This document shows positions 25,536-34,677 of a stretch of DNA of 64,000 nt, in pieces. The position numbers and the translations under genes were made by a program. The notes under the pieces are model-generated. The model was not told where the DNA came from. It did not search any database and saw only the letters and a list, made by a program, of their open reading frames with translations. Numbering within the stretch: position 1 is the first letter of the stretch; every line of letters begins with the position of its first letter. The stretch is from a virus: IMG/VR virus record IMGVR_UViG_3300045988_080038, positions 16,961 through 80,960 of that record. One strand, given 5' to 3'.

Positions 25536-27542
25536 TTAATTATACCAATATTTTAATGATGCTCCTTTTTGATACACAATTTTAGAAATGTAAGAATACC
25601 CTTTAGCGTTAAGATGTATATTGTCACTTCTTAGTGATGTAGGGACTCTGTTATCTGCAATATCTGTTTTATCTTGTTCAGTAGGTGTAATTCCCATACT
25701 TTGTAAACCATAATTAATTAATAGATATTTTGCATCAATAAAATGTGAGCCATATTTTTCTGATTGCAATTTATTTAATTTAACTGCATTTTCATTGGCT
25801 ACTGGGTTTTCTTCTTCGGAAATATTACCGATAACAATATATCTATCAACATTTAAAGTATCTATCATATTATCAATTCTATTTAACACGCATTCAATAT
25901 CTGATAATTGTGCTCCTGTTACGCCAGCGTACAAATCATTTTGCCCACACCAAAAAATTAACGTATCATCCTTATTAATTGACTCATAAGCATTTGTACT
26001 TACGAATTGGTCATAACTAATTGTTCTTGAACCACCTATTTTACTTCGTTCAAAATAATATTTATTATCTTCTAGAGTGATATTACCTTCAATTTCACCT
26101 AATTTACATGGATTGATACCATATGAACTACCAAATGTAATTGTATTTTCTTCTTGCAAAAAAGGTTTAATATCATGATTATTGTAAGCTTTTAATAATA
26201 TTTCAATTTTTTTAGGTTCACTTGGTATCTCTAAAGGTACAGTTTGTGGATTTGTAGAAGTTGCAATAAAACCAGTAATTCTAGCGTTAATTGTTTCAGT
26301 TCCTTCACCACCAACACCTAAATTAATGACTTCAAAGCTTGAACCTAGTCTTTTTCCTAATTCAATAGGATAACTATATCCTTTTTCCCATGCGTGTTCA
26401 CCAGCAGTAATTGCACCCATTGTCAATGAATCGCCAATACAATAAACTTTAGATGATGATACTAATCCTAAGTCTGAAATAACACCTTTTTCAATTACAT
26501 AATTTAATTTATTGATATTAGCCAACAAATATTTTAGTAATTTAGTTTCGGTAACATCGTAAACAATAATATTACCATTATATGTTGAATCGCAGTTAAA
26601 TCTCAACTCGCCATCATTATCAGCTTTGATAATCATGTAACGATTAGTTGTAGTGATTATCGATTGTGACCATGATGTACCCTTATAAAGATTTCTAATT
26701 TCTTGACTAGTTGTATTAAGGTAGACATCTGAAATAAGTAAATATAAATGATTTTTAATGGATGTACCAAGTGATAATGCATATCCAGTATAATTAGAAA
26801 CTTCTTTTTCTGATAATGGTTTTTGCAATTTGCAAATATCTACTAAATCTTCCCTTAATGAACTAATTGCATTTCCTGTGGCTTTTGCATCGGCAATACC
26901 GCCTTCAACGGTAAGAGTTTTATCTGGCTGTAAAACATTCTGAATGTCCGTAATGGCTTGTTCTTTTGCGGAATTTACATTTTTCACCGCCTCGTCAGAT
27001 GCAGTTTTGGTAATAGCTAGAAGTTGATTAATTATATCTTTGTTGTTTTCATCAAGAGATGGCTGGTCAACTTCGATTCCTTCTAAAACAGGAATTTGCG
27101 CTACGGTAGTGTTCCATTCAATACTGATATTTGAATCAGAATCTGTCTTAACAGCGCAGACAATGAATCTTATTGTTCCCATGTATCGCGCGGCGTTTTT
27201 TCCAATGACCCATGAAAATGTTATGTTATCTCCGTTTATAGAAGCATCTTCACAAATGTATTGGTCTTTTATGGAAATGTCTGGATCTACGCTACTTACA
27301 TTTTCAAAGTTGATTCGAATTGAAAATTTTGATAAATCAAGATTATCTCCCACTATCTTCGGGCAAGAGAATTTAATTCGTTCTGCATTTTTGTCAGATT
27401 GCACCGCCCCAACTACGATTTCTGGAGGCACAAAAATAGTTCGTGTTCTGGAGTCAATTGTGCATATTCCGTTGCTTTCTAATAATGTAGTTGTTTCTGC
27501 TGTTGAATCTGAATCCATAAGTAAATCAAGTGCTGATGTCAT
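25536..27542 (-). CDS. Virion appendage-like protein with C-terminal SGNH/GDSL esterase domain
   Basis: SGNH blocks CIGDSLTMG, GVGGEG, WCGQND, DNIHLN in the C-terminal half. The N-terminal region resembles BppU-N/DUF2479-type phage domains. Very AT-rich. Confidence 0.65.
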   Translation of the reverse strand: MTSALDLLMDSDSTAETTTLLESNGICTIDSRTRTIFVPPEIVVGAVQSDKNAERIKFSCPKIVGDNLDLSKFSIRINFENVSSVDPDISIKDQYICEDASINGDNITFSWVIGKNAARYMGTIRFIVCAVKTDSDSNISIEWNTTVAQIPVLEGIEVDQPSLDENNKDIINQLLAITKTASDEAVKNVNSAKEQAITDIQNVLQPDKTLTVEGGIADAKATGNAISSLREDLVDICKLQKPLSEKEVSNYTGYALSLGTSIKNHLYLLISDVYLNTTSQEIRNLYKGTSWSQSIITTTNRYMIIKADNDGELRFNCDSTYNGNIIVYDVTETKLLKYLLANINKLNYVIEKGVISDLGLVSSSKVYCIGDSLTMGAITAGEHAWEKGYSYPIELGKRLGSSFEVINLGVGGEGTETINARITGFIATSTNPQTVPLEIPSEPKKIEILLKAYNNHDIKPFLQEENTITFGSSYGINPCKLGEIEGNITLEDNKYYFERSKIGGSRTISYDQFVSTNAYESINKDDTLIFWCGQNDLYAGVTGAQLSDIECVLNRIDNMIDTLNVDRYIVIGNISEEENPVANENAVKLNKLQSEKYGSHFIDAKYLLINYGLQSMGITPTEQDKTDIADNRVPTSLRSDNIHLNAKGYSYISKIVYQKGASLKYWYN

Positions 27543-27548
27543 TTTTTT

Positions 27549-27866
27549 CTACCCCCGTTGCGGAATCGTTATTTTATCTGATGTTATAATAAACTTACCG
27601 TTGTCTTTTATACCTGTGACTGAAACCCCAAAATAATCCCACGCAAGAGCTTTAGATGGAATTTCACATTGTCCATTTTGTACCAATATCGGATACTCTT
27701 TGTCCATCCGCCAAAAAGAAGCTGCAATCTTGCATCCATTCCATTCAGGCGAAAAAGAAAAGAACGCTTTTAAATATCCAGAAGTTCCTTTTACAAGTCC
27801 AGTAAAATCGCAACTTGGGTCTTGGTATATTTTTTGGTTTTCAACTTTAAATTTTAAAATTCTCAT
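27549..27866 (-). CDS. Small phage structural-like protein (tentative)
   Basis: ORF track. Closely spaced with the esterase gene (7 nt gap). Confidence 0.35.
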   Translation of the reverse strand: MRILKFKVENQKIYQDPSCDFTGLVKGTSGYLKAFFSFSPEWNGCKIAASFWRMDKEYPILVQNGQCEIPSKALAWDYFGVSVTGIKDNGKFIITSDKITIPQRG

Positions 27867-27917
27867 ACAAATATCCTTTCTGTTCTGACAGGGGGGCGCA
27901 TATATAAACGGTCTATC

Positions 27918-28301
27918 CTACGCCACTTTTTCCAGTAAATACGGAACAAAATGTATCGCTTCATCCCCTACAATCTCATATGCAATTTCAAAAATCTGCC
28001 TTGCTTTGTCGGCAATCAGATTGGCAATCAATTCTTCTACTTCCACCCAATTTTCACGGGGCACAAGTCTATGCAGTTCTTTAAGAAATCCGCTCGAAAA
28101 CATCATTGCATGGCTCAACTCATGTAGAACTACCCTTGTGAGAAATTCGCCCGAAATAGCGTCAGAAATCCAAATAATTCTTGTGTTTCCGTCCGTCACA
28201 GCACAGGTCATAGTACCGGTACGGTCAATCAGCACCGGATTCTCAGGATGAGTGAACCGAACTTTCCATTTTTGCCCATTCATGTAGAATTGCTTTAGCA
28301 T
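27918..28301 (-). CDS. HExxH zinc-metallopeptidase-like protein
   Basis: VVLHELSHAMMFS motif. Confidence 0.45.
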   Translation of the reverse strand: MLKQFYMNGQKWKVRFTHPENPVLIDRTGTMTCAVTDGNTRIIWISDAISGEFLTRVVLHELSHAMMFSSGFLKELHRLVPRENWVEVEELIANLIADKARQIFEIAYEIVGDEAIHFVPYLLEKVA

Positions 28302-28361
28302 AAAATCACCGCCTTTAAACCAAAAAGCCCCTGCTACATTCCTGTAACAAGGGCCTTGTTT

Positions 28362-28976
28362 TTAATTCATCTGTTGAAGAAGCTTAGTCAGATCAGTTTT
28401 CATCTGCTGTCTAAGGGTCGCATCTGCATCCGACCACATCTCAGACATGGTACGGATAACATCCTGCGTGTACTCTTTCATTGAACTGTCCATCTTCTGT
28501 TTTGAATCTGCATCTTTGGAATCATGGTAATGCCTGCGATTCTCGCTGTATCTGTCATAGGTTTCGCCGTATCTGGACTGCTGACGGTTCGTTCCGTCCA
28601 TCCTCATGTTACTACGGTCCGGATGATATCCCATGCGGTATGCATCCGAATTATTCAGATACTCGTCCATCCAGTCATCATCTTCCATGTACAGGTACGG
28701 TTTATATCCCATACGACTTCCTCTACCCTTTGGGGCAAATCTGCCATTGGAATAACGATATCTGTCATATCCCATGCGTCCAAGATACTTCTCTTCCTGT
28801 TCGCATTCGTCCATAGCTTCTACGATTCTGTAATCTTTATCTGCACAAATTGCACACTTTACAGCTTCCATGCAGTCCTTCAGATCGTCCCAGTCTTGAG
28901 CACTGAGATTATCGAAGCCATGTGTCTTGGCTTTTTCCATAGCCCATTTTCCCATTTCCATTGCAACTTTATGCAT
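28362..28976 (-). CDS. Low-complexity M/Y/R/D-rich protein (RMGY repeats)
   Basis: GRMGYDRYRY, SRMGYKPYLY and YRMGYHPDRS repeats. Start overlaps the upstream stop (TAATG). Confidence 0.5.
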   Translation of the reverse strand: MHKVAMEMGKWAMEKAKTHGFDNLSAQDWDDLKDCMEAVKCAICADKDYRIVEAMDECEQEEKYLGRMGYDRYRYSNGRFAPKGRGSRMGYKPYLYMEDDDWMDEYLNNSDAYRMGYHPDRSNMRMDGTNRQQSRYGETYDRYSENRRHYHDSKDADSKQKMDSSMKEYTQDVIRTMSEMWSDADATLRQQMKTDLTKLLQQMN

Positions 28977-29401
28977 TACAGTGCCCCCTTTCTAACAGCC
29001 TGTGTAACAGGTGTATCTGCTGTTGGGGCTGTACCATTAATTGCTGTCAAATTGTTACTCGGACTACAAGCCGGATTCCCTAACATCTTGAATACTCCAC
29101 CAGTTGCACTCGTAGCTACTCTGGTTGCGTACTTCGTTCTGGTTCTTACGCCACAAGCCGTAACCTGTGCACAGCAACGATTCTGTAATGGATACAGGGT
29201 TGTTCCCGTTCCTATCTGAATCACCACCGGAGCGTTAATCGTAGTGGTTTCTGGTATGCTCTGTGCAATCACAATGCAATATTTTTCACCGTTGTTATAA
29301 CTACCTGCTGGAAGTGTAATCACAAGATTACCACCAGTAAACGCAACAGCCTGGCTTATCACGAGATGATCACAGAGCTTACAAACATTTTTACAACTCA
29401 T
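28976..29401 (-). CDS. Cys-rich beta-type protein of unknown function
   Basis: MSCKNVCKLCDHLV...NRCCAQVTACG. GAGAGGTAG RBS. Confidence 0.5.
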   Translation of the reverse strand: MSCKNVCKLCDHLVISQAVAFTGGNLVITLPAGSYNNGEKYCIVIAQSIPETTTINAPVVIQIGTGTTLYPLQNRCCAQVTACGVRTRTKYATRVATSATGGVFKMLGNPACSPSNNLTAINGTAPTADTPVTQAVRKGAL

Positions 29402-29478
29402 ACTTCTACCTCTCAATCAAATAAGAGGTGAGCCGTAACCCACCTCTTAGAATTAGTCAACCTCTAAGGGTGAGTTAC

Positions 29479-30291
29479 TTAGCAGCAACCGTTGTTGTAT
29501 CCGTTGCATCCACCGTAGTAGGTATTCGGATTCGGAACAACATATGCCGGAACAGCTGCCGGATTGATTGCATTGATTAACTGCTGTGTCTGAGATGCCA
29601 TTGCAGTTGTAAGAAGTGCGCTCTGGCGATCCTGAGATGCAGCACGTTTCAGATCAGAGTTCTCTGCCTGTAATGTTGCAAGCTTATCATTCGTCAAGAA
29701 ATCGAGAATTGCTCTGGTGTTGCTGTTCTGATTGTCCAGAAGGTCTCTGGTGTTGTTGTTCATTGTGTTCTGAAGAGCACAAGTGTTGGTTGCCAGGTTG
29801 TAGTTGATACCCTGGATAGCTTCCCTTGTTTCACAGCAACAATTTGCCAACTGAGACTGTAATGCATTGGTATTCTGCATACCGGCTACAGTATCAGCGT
29901 TAATTGCCTGCTGAACGCCATTGAAGCCCTGAAGCATTCCAACGTTCATGCCGTTAAAACCGCTCTGCATGGTATTGTTGAGTGCATATGTGCTGTCACA
30001 GATACCCTGCTGAATACCTCTGATACCGTTTTGGATATCGTTAAGAGCGAAGCCCTCGTTGATATCGGCACGTGTAGCCCATCCTTGGAATCCGGCACCA
30101 TTAGCACCGTTTCCACCATTACCGCCGAAGCCACCGCCCCAGCCGCCAAAACCTCCCCATCCGAAGATTGCGAAGATCAGTACGAGCCAAATAAGTGAAA
30201 AACCATCACCGCCCCACATGTCATTGGCACGGTTATTAGAGCCTGTAGCAGCTGCAATGTCGCTAAGACTGTAATTAGAACCATTCATCAT
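29479..30291 (-). CDS. Glycine-rich membrane-anchored coiled-coil protein with Cys-rich C-terminus
   Basis: GFSLIWLVLIFAIFGWGGFGGWGGGFGGNGGNGANG TM/Gly tract, N/Q-rich coiled region, and ANCCCE...GGCNGYNNGCC. Confidence 0.55.
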   Translation of the reverse strand: MMNGSNYSLSDIAAATGSNNRANDMWGGDGFSLIWLVLIFAIFGWGGFGGWGGGFGGNGGNGANGAGFQGWATRADINEGFALNDIQNGIRGIQQGICDSTYALNNTMQSGFNGMNVGMLQGFNGVQQAINADTVAGMQNTNALQSQLANCCCETREAIQGINYNLATNTCALQNTMNNNTRDLLDNQNSNTRAILDFLTNDKLATLQAENSDLKRAASQDRQSALLTTAMASQTQQLINAINPAAVPAYVVPNPNTYYGGCNGYNNGCC

Positions 30292-30390
30292 GTTTTTAGT
30301 CTCCTTATAAATTTATTTACAATAGGAGACATCCGCGGCTGTCATCCCAAATTGTAGCGATTTTAAATCACCCAATCATGGGGAAGTGTT

Positions 30391-30636
30391 TTATAATCCA
30401 AGGAATTTTTGGATAATTCCGTCTGGTGATAAGTGCTTTTCATTAAAAACATTTTGCTGAATTTGATGCAACTGGTCTGTATCACCTTTTTTGTACAAAT
30501 CCAAGGCGTTTTTTAATGTTGGATTATTCCCTGCAAATTTACTCATATCGTTCATCATGTTATCAACACTTCCGAACCTCTGAGAAATCATTCTTTCAAC
30601 TTGCTTTTTCATCATGGCATTTGGATTGAAATTCAT
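30391..30636 (-). CDS. Hypothetical protein (81 aa)
   Basis: ORF track. Start overlaps the upstream stop by 4 nt. Confidence 0.45.
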   Translation of the reverse strand: MNFNPNAMMKKQVERMISQRFGSVDNMMNDMSKFAGNNPTLKNALDLYKKGDTDQLHQIQQNVFNEKHLSPDGIIQKFLGL

Positions 30637-31133
30637 TTCTGTCTACCTCCATTCTGCTTAGGTTCTGATGTCCCCGACATTTGTGCCGGGAACATGTTCT
30701 TTATTTCAGAAATCTCAGAACAAACATCGTTCCGAAGTTGATTAAACATAGCTTCTATATCAATCGGTTTTTCTTCTGCTTTTGGTTGCTGTTGTTCGTC
30801 TGGATTTAAAAGTCGGTAAACAAAAATCCTGCTTTTTCCGTCTGCCTGTAGTTGCTTCTTGTATATTTCTGTACCATCTGTTTTTGGATAATAGACAGGA
30901 TTTCCAGTCATATCCACATCCTTTGCTTTTACAGTGTCAATGCCATCAACCATTTGCCCTGAAAGCATAGCAACCTGTGGCATCTGCTGCATCGGCTGTT
31001 GTATTTGTGCCTGTCCATAAGGCATTGTCTGTTGGTAGTTGTTCTGCAACTGTGCCAATCTATCTTGATACGGTTGTACCGGTGTTTGTGGGTATGGATT
31101 CAATGGTTGCGGATAATATGGATAAAATGCCAT
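30633..31133 (-). CDS. Q/P/Y-rich protein
   Basis: Start MAFYPYYPQPLNPYPQTPVQPYQDRLAQLQNNYQQ with GGGAGGAA RBS. Confidence 0.5.
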   Translation of the reverse strand: MAFYPYYPQPLNPYPQTPVQPYQDRLAQLQNNYQQTMPYGQAQIQQPMQQMPQVAMLSGQMVDGIDTVKAKDVDMTGNPVYYPKTDGTEIYKKQLQADGKSRIFVYRLLNPDEQQQPKAEEKPIDIEAMFNQLRNDVCSEISEIKNMFPAQMSGTSEPKQNGGRQK

Positions 31134-31167
31134 AGTGTGTTCCTCCCATCTCTGTAAGCTTTTCTCT

Positions 31168-31196
31168 ATGCTTACATTATATGAGAGAAACCTAAG
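31168..31196 (-). promoter_or_regulatory. Sigma-70-type promoter inside accessory island
   Basis: Minus strand TTCAAA-17 nt-TATAAT between the sigma-like gene and the Q/P-rich gene. Confidence 0.4.
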
Positions 31197-31209
31197 TATT
31201 TGAACGACA

Positions 31210-31464
31210 CTATTTCGCCATATTTTCGCCATGATACAAAGAAAAGCCCCGATAATACATCGGGGCAACTTTAACAATCTTCTTTTTTACTTTTCGGTTT
31301 ATGCGGTCAATGGTTCTTGGACTATACCCCATAATCTCTGCTGTTTCAAACAATGTTTTTTCCTCATAAACTCTCAACCGGAAAAATTCTTTTTCTCGGG
31401 AATCAAACCCGGATTCGCTTAGATAAAACTTTCTTTCATCTTCTGAAAAGTCTGTATAATTCAT
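31210..31464 (-). CDS. Sigma-70 region-4-like small DNA-binding protein
   Basis: MNYTDFSEDERKFYL...FFRLRVYEEKTLFETAEIMGYSPRTIDRINRKVKKKI. AGGGAGG RBS. Confidence 0.5.
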   Translation of the reverse strand: MNYTDFSEDERKFYLSESGFDSREKEFFRLRVYEEKTLFETAEIMGYSPRTIDRINRKVKKKIVKVAPMYYRGFSLYHGENMAK

Positions 31465-31499
31465 AATCCCACCGCCTCCCTTACAAGTGGAATTGCTTA

Positions 31500-31811
31500 T
31501 TATGCCGGAAAGATACCGCTTAATGCAAACCCTACAATAGCCCCGATCACGGCCGTGATAACGCAAACAACAATCGTATCGTAGCGTTTTCCCGGGGCTT
31601 CCATGAGGGATTTTAAATTATCATTCATTTCATCCACCGTATCTTTGATGTGCCCGAGATCATTGTTGTAAAGAACAATTTTGGTTTCAAGCGCATTGAT
31701 ACGTTCAAAAAAAATACCGTCACGTTTAGACTGCTTCTCTTTTATTTCGTGAACAACTTTTTCCAATTCTTCTAAGCGGTGTTCGTTAAAGCAATTCTGT
31801 TCACATTCCAT
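31500..31811 (-). CDS. XhlA-like coiled-coil protein with C-terminal TM
   Basis: 103 aa. HRLEELEKVVHEIKEK... coiled coil, then IVVCVITAVIGAIVGFALSGIF. The architecture matches the PBSX XhlA family. Confidence 0.45.
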   Translation of the reverse strand: MECEQNCFNEHRLEELEKVVHEIKEKQSKRDGIFFERINALETKIVLYNNDLGHIKDTVDEMNDNLKSLMEAPGKRYDTIVVCVITAVIGAIVGFALSGIFPA

Positions 31812-31923
31812 CGCTACTCTCCTTCACTCCCATTACATTTTTTGTACTTCTTCCCACCTCATAATGAAGTACCCCAGCAACGCCTGGGAGGAAATGCGTC
31901 ACGTTCTCAACCTACTTTTTCTG

Positions 31924-32247
31924 TCAGATTCCTCTGGCAAAGGGAAAAACGCCGTGATTAACAAATATCTCTGTCTCAGAGTTCCATCCTGCATTTACAG
32001 AATTTTCCGAATGAGATGTTTCAAATTCAACTCCCTGTTTCACAAGAAAATAAAGAGCCAAATCGAAAATACAATCATAGCATTCGTCCATATCTTTATT
32101 GATGCTTTCTTTCGTATAACTCTCAGGATAATTGCGTTTTTTCTGGAATGACCGAATAGCTCTTTTGACTGCTAAGGGAATCATCCTTGCGGTCAGTTCA
32201 TCACCTTCCAGATATGTTGTCAGATCGCTTGTAAGCTGTTCGTCCAT
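31924..32247 (-). CDS. gp6-like head-tail connector protein
   Basis: 107 aa. Position just after the capsid gene. Pattern typical of the phage gp6-like/DNA packaging connector family. Confidence 0.55.
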   Translation of the reverse strand: MDEQLTSDLTTYLEGDELTARMIPLAVKRAIRSFQKKRNYPESYTKESINKDMDECYDCIFDLALYFLVKQGVEFETSHSENSVNAGWNSETEIFVNHGVFPFARGI

Positions 32248-32257
32248 GCCATTTCAC

Positions 32258-32362
32258 CTACCCTTGCTGCGCTATAATTTCTGATATGATACCAGCCTTG
32301 TTTGTGGAAGTCAGGGCATAACCATTGTCACTTGCAAGCTGTCTCAGTTGAGCCACAGTCAT
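32258..32362 (-). CDS. HeH/SAP-like peptide, probably the C-terminal frameshift extension of the capsid protein
   Basis: TVAQLRQLASDNGYALTSTNKAGIISEIIAQQ. The frame is open from 32554 and is -1 to the capsid frame. Weak own RBS. Confidence 0.35.
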   Translation of the reverse strand: MTVAQLRQLASDNGYALTSTNKAGIISEIIAQQG

Positions 32363-32445
32363 ACTGGACAGCTCGCTTTCTGTATACTTGTGTGTAACAC
32401 TTGCTACAGACGGTGACTGGCTGTTTTCATCAAGGCTATGCCCGT

Positions 32446-33480
32446 TTATTCCCCCTTTGTACCGATAACGATACCGCCATTGGCTTTCGGTGCTACCGGA
32501 ATAAACATACCGGATGCTTTTGTCCAAACAGCAACTGGATCCTGTGTAGCCCACATGGAAAGAGTAACAAAAGAGCGATTCTCTTCTTGGATGAACTGTC
32601 TGTATTCATTCTCTTCCGGTGTTGGTCCCCAAAGTCCAGTACCGAAGGAACCGCCTGCATCAGCTTCGTAGAGAGTGAACACATCCTCTTTGAAGTATCT
32701 TCCGGTCATCAGAGTTCCGTCTGCTTTTCTGTAACGGAATTTCTCGTCGCAACGACCAACGGTGATTCCGTACTCCTGCATGAGCAGATTTGCAAGCTCC
32801 TGTCTGGTAAGGAGGCGTTTATTCGCAGCTCCCAGAACAGCTGTCTGCATAGCTGTGTTGCTTCTCATGTAGTTGATCATCTTCAGAGATGTAACTGCAT
32901 TTGTTACTACGTATCCGGAATCCTCGGCTACAGTTACCATCTTCTGAATATCGCCCATGATATCTGCGTCTGCTGCGGACCAGTCGGTAAGAGTAACCTT
33001 CGCGGAACTCGGAACGCCGTAATCAATAGACATGTCAACATTGTTCTCTTTGATTTTTACTACACCAGTAGCAAGGAACTGTCCTTTCATAACATTTGCT
33101 CTGGCAACAACGCCCTCGAACAGGTTTGTGGCATCATCAAAAACGAAGTTTGTAAGAGTTTCGTTGTCCGGAACGCCGTTTTCGATAGCTTCCTGGAGAC
33201 GCTCAGACTGATTGATCTTCCTCTTGATAAAGAGTTTTTCAGTCAGAACTTTCTCGAATCCCGGTCTGGTGCCGATTTCTGCTTCGGTATCAAGAGCGTG
33301 AACAAATGCTACCTCCGGCAGTCGTTGTCCAGCCATAAGTCTGTAATACTCGGCTTTCCAAAACGGTGTCTTTACATCTGGAAAAATGGTATCGAGGATA
33401 CCAGGTCTTGCCACAGAAAAATTCTGAGCGAAATTTAATCTTTCTTCTGCTGTGATAGCTTCTAATACATTGTATGGCAT
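32446..33480 (-). CDS. Major capsid protein (lambda gpE-like family)
   Basis: 344 aa. MPYNVLEAITAEERLNFAQNF...FWKAEYYRL pattern and synteny after the scaffold and decoration-like genes. Confidence 0.8.
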   Translation of the reverse strand: MPYNVLEAITAEERLNFAQNFSVARPGILDTIFPDVKTPFWKAEYYRLMAGQRLPEVAFVHALDTEAEIGTRPGFEKVLTEKLFIKRKINQSERLQEAIENGVPDNETLTNFVFDDATNLFEGVVARANVMKGQFLATGVVKIKENNVDMSIDYGVPSSAKVTLTDWSAADADIMGDIQKMVTVAEDSGYVVTNAVTSLKMINYMRSNTAMQTAVLGAANKRLLTRQELANLLMQEYGITVGRCDEKFRYRKADGTLMTGRYFKEDVFTLYEADAGGSFGTGLWGPTPEENEYRQFIQEENRSFVTLSMWATQDPVAVWTKASGMFIPVAPKANGGIVIGTKGE

Positions 33481-33495
33481 ATTGGTTATACCTCC

Positions 33496-33840
33496 TTAAA
33501 ATACTGGATCTGTTGTGGTTACAAAAACAATTCCCTGCGCGGTAAGCTCTGTTTTTGCAGTTTCGTCAACTGTAACTGGCAGTCTTTTCTCAAGGACACG
33601 TCCTGCTACGATCACGGAAATCGGTCTTTTAGCATCATCTGTCATATCAACATCTTCAAATACGATTCCTTTTGCACCAGTCGCATTTGTCGGATACACG
33701 GAACCTGCTTTGATGATTTTTTTATCATTTACTGCCGTTGCATTTGTTGCGTCTGCGGTGTAAGTTTTCAGTACCAGTCCAACCTCAGATTCGAGAATGT
33801 TGGGAGTTGACTCATACTGTTTTGTTTTCATAAAAGCCAT
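33496..33840 (-). CDS. Head decoration-like protein
   Basis: 114 aa between the scaffold and capsid genes (the gpD-like position). Confidence 0.4.
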   Translation of the reverse strand: MAFMKTKQYESTPNILESEVGLVLKTYTADATNATAVNDKKIIKAGSVYPTNATGAKGIVFEDVDMTDDAKRPISVIVAGRVLEKRLPVTVDETAKTELTAQGIVFVTTTDPVF

Positions 33841-33862
33841 AATCTAAATCTCCTTTACTTAC

Positions 33863-34522
33863 TTAAAAATTAACCGGTGCATTGTCACCTGCCGGTTCTG
33901 TTTTTGGGTTCATGCGTGCTGAGTAAGCTTTTGCGTACTTAGCTGCCGGACTATCGTTATCATCTTTTTTCTGTCCCTTGTCTGAATTTCCGCCACCTGG
34001 ATTCGGAGTATTGTCAAGAACTGCTTTCTCCCATTCAGATTTAGCATTATCCAGAGCTGCTTTATTTGCTTCGGAAATTCCATTAACAAAAGTTTTGACT
34101 TCCTTCATTACGTCTTCAGACTTGTCTGCTGGCATAGATGAAAATGCTTTGATAGCGCTTGCATATGTTTCTGTTGAAAGACCTGCATTAGCGAAAGCAG
34201 ATGTAATCTCACTGGAAAGCGCTTTCCTGTTGGATTCAGCAAGTGCTTTTTCCAGGTCAGAAATCCTCTTTTCGTTTTCTGCTTTTTCCTTCTGTCGCTC
34301 TGCTTCTTGTCTTTCGGCATCCGTCATATTCTGGGCTTTCAAATCATCCAGCTCCTTTTGAAGGTCATCTGCTTTATCAGCTTTTTCTTTCAGAGAAGTG
34401 TTTTTTTCTTTCACTTTCTTTGTCTCTGATTCAACAGAATCAAGATATTTAGTCACCTGCTCTTCAGACGGTTCCTCGATTCCAAAGCCGATAAGTACCT
34501 GTTTTGCCTGTTCTCTTGTCAT
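33863..34522 (-). CDS. Scaffolding protein
   Basis: Highly charged coiled-coil protein (KEKADKADDLQKELDDLKAQ...) between the portal and capsid genes. Confidence 0.7.
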   Translation of the reverse strand: MTREQAKQVLIGFGIEEPSEEQVTKYLDSVESETKKVKEKNTSLKEKADKADDLQKELDDLKAQNMTDAERQEAERQKEKAENEKRISDLEKALAESNRKALSSEITSAFANAGLSTETYASAIKAFSSMPADKSEDVMKEVKTFVNGISEANKAALDNAKSEWEKAVLDNTPNPGGGNSDKGQKKDDNDSPAAKYAKAYSARMNPKTEPAGDNAPVNF

Positions 34523-34677
34523 AGAAATCTCCTTTCTTTCAGACCATCACACTTTTTTCACACGGTTCGCTCCGCACATGATCTGTACCCGATTTACGCT
34601 CACGGGCTGTTGCATTATTTTTGTGTATTAAAAAAGGAACCTTGGATGTTATTCCTTGGTTCCTTTGATAATTGAAT

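Noticed and set aside
32401-33438. 345-aa plus-strand ORF opposite the capsid gene
   Set aside because: It is antisense to the major capsid gene, has an implausible Cys/His/Phe-rich composition, and has no RBS.
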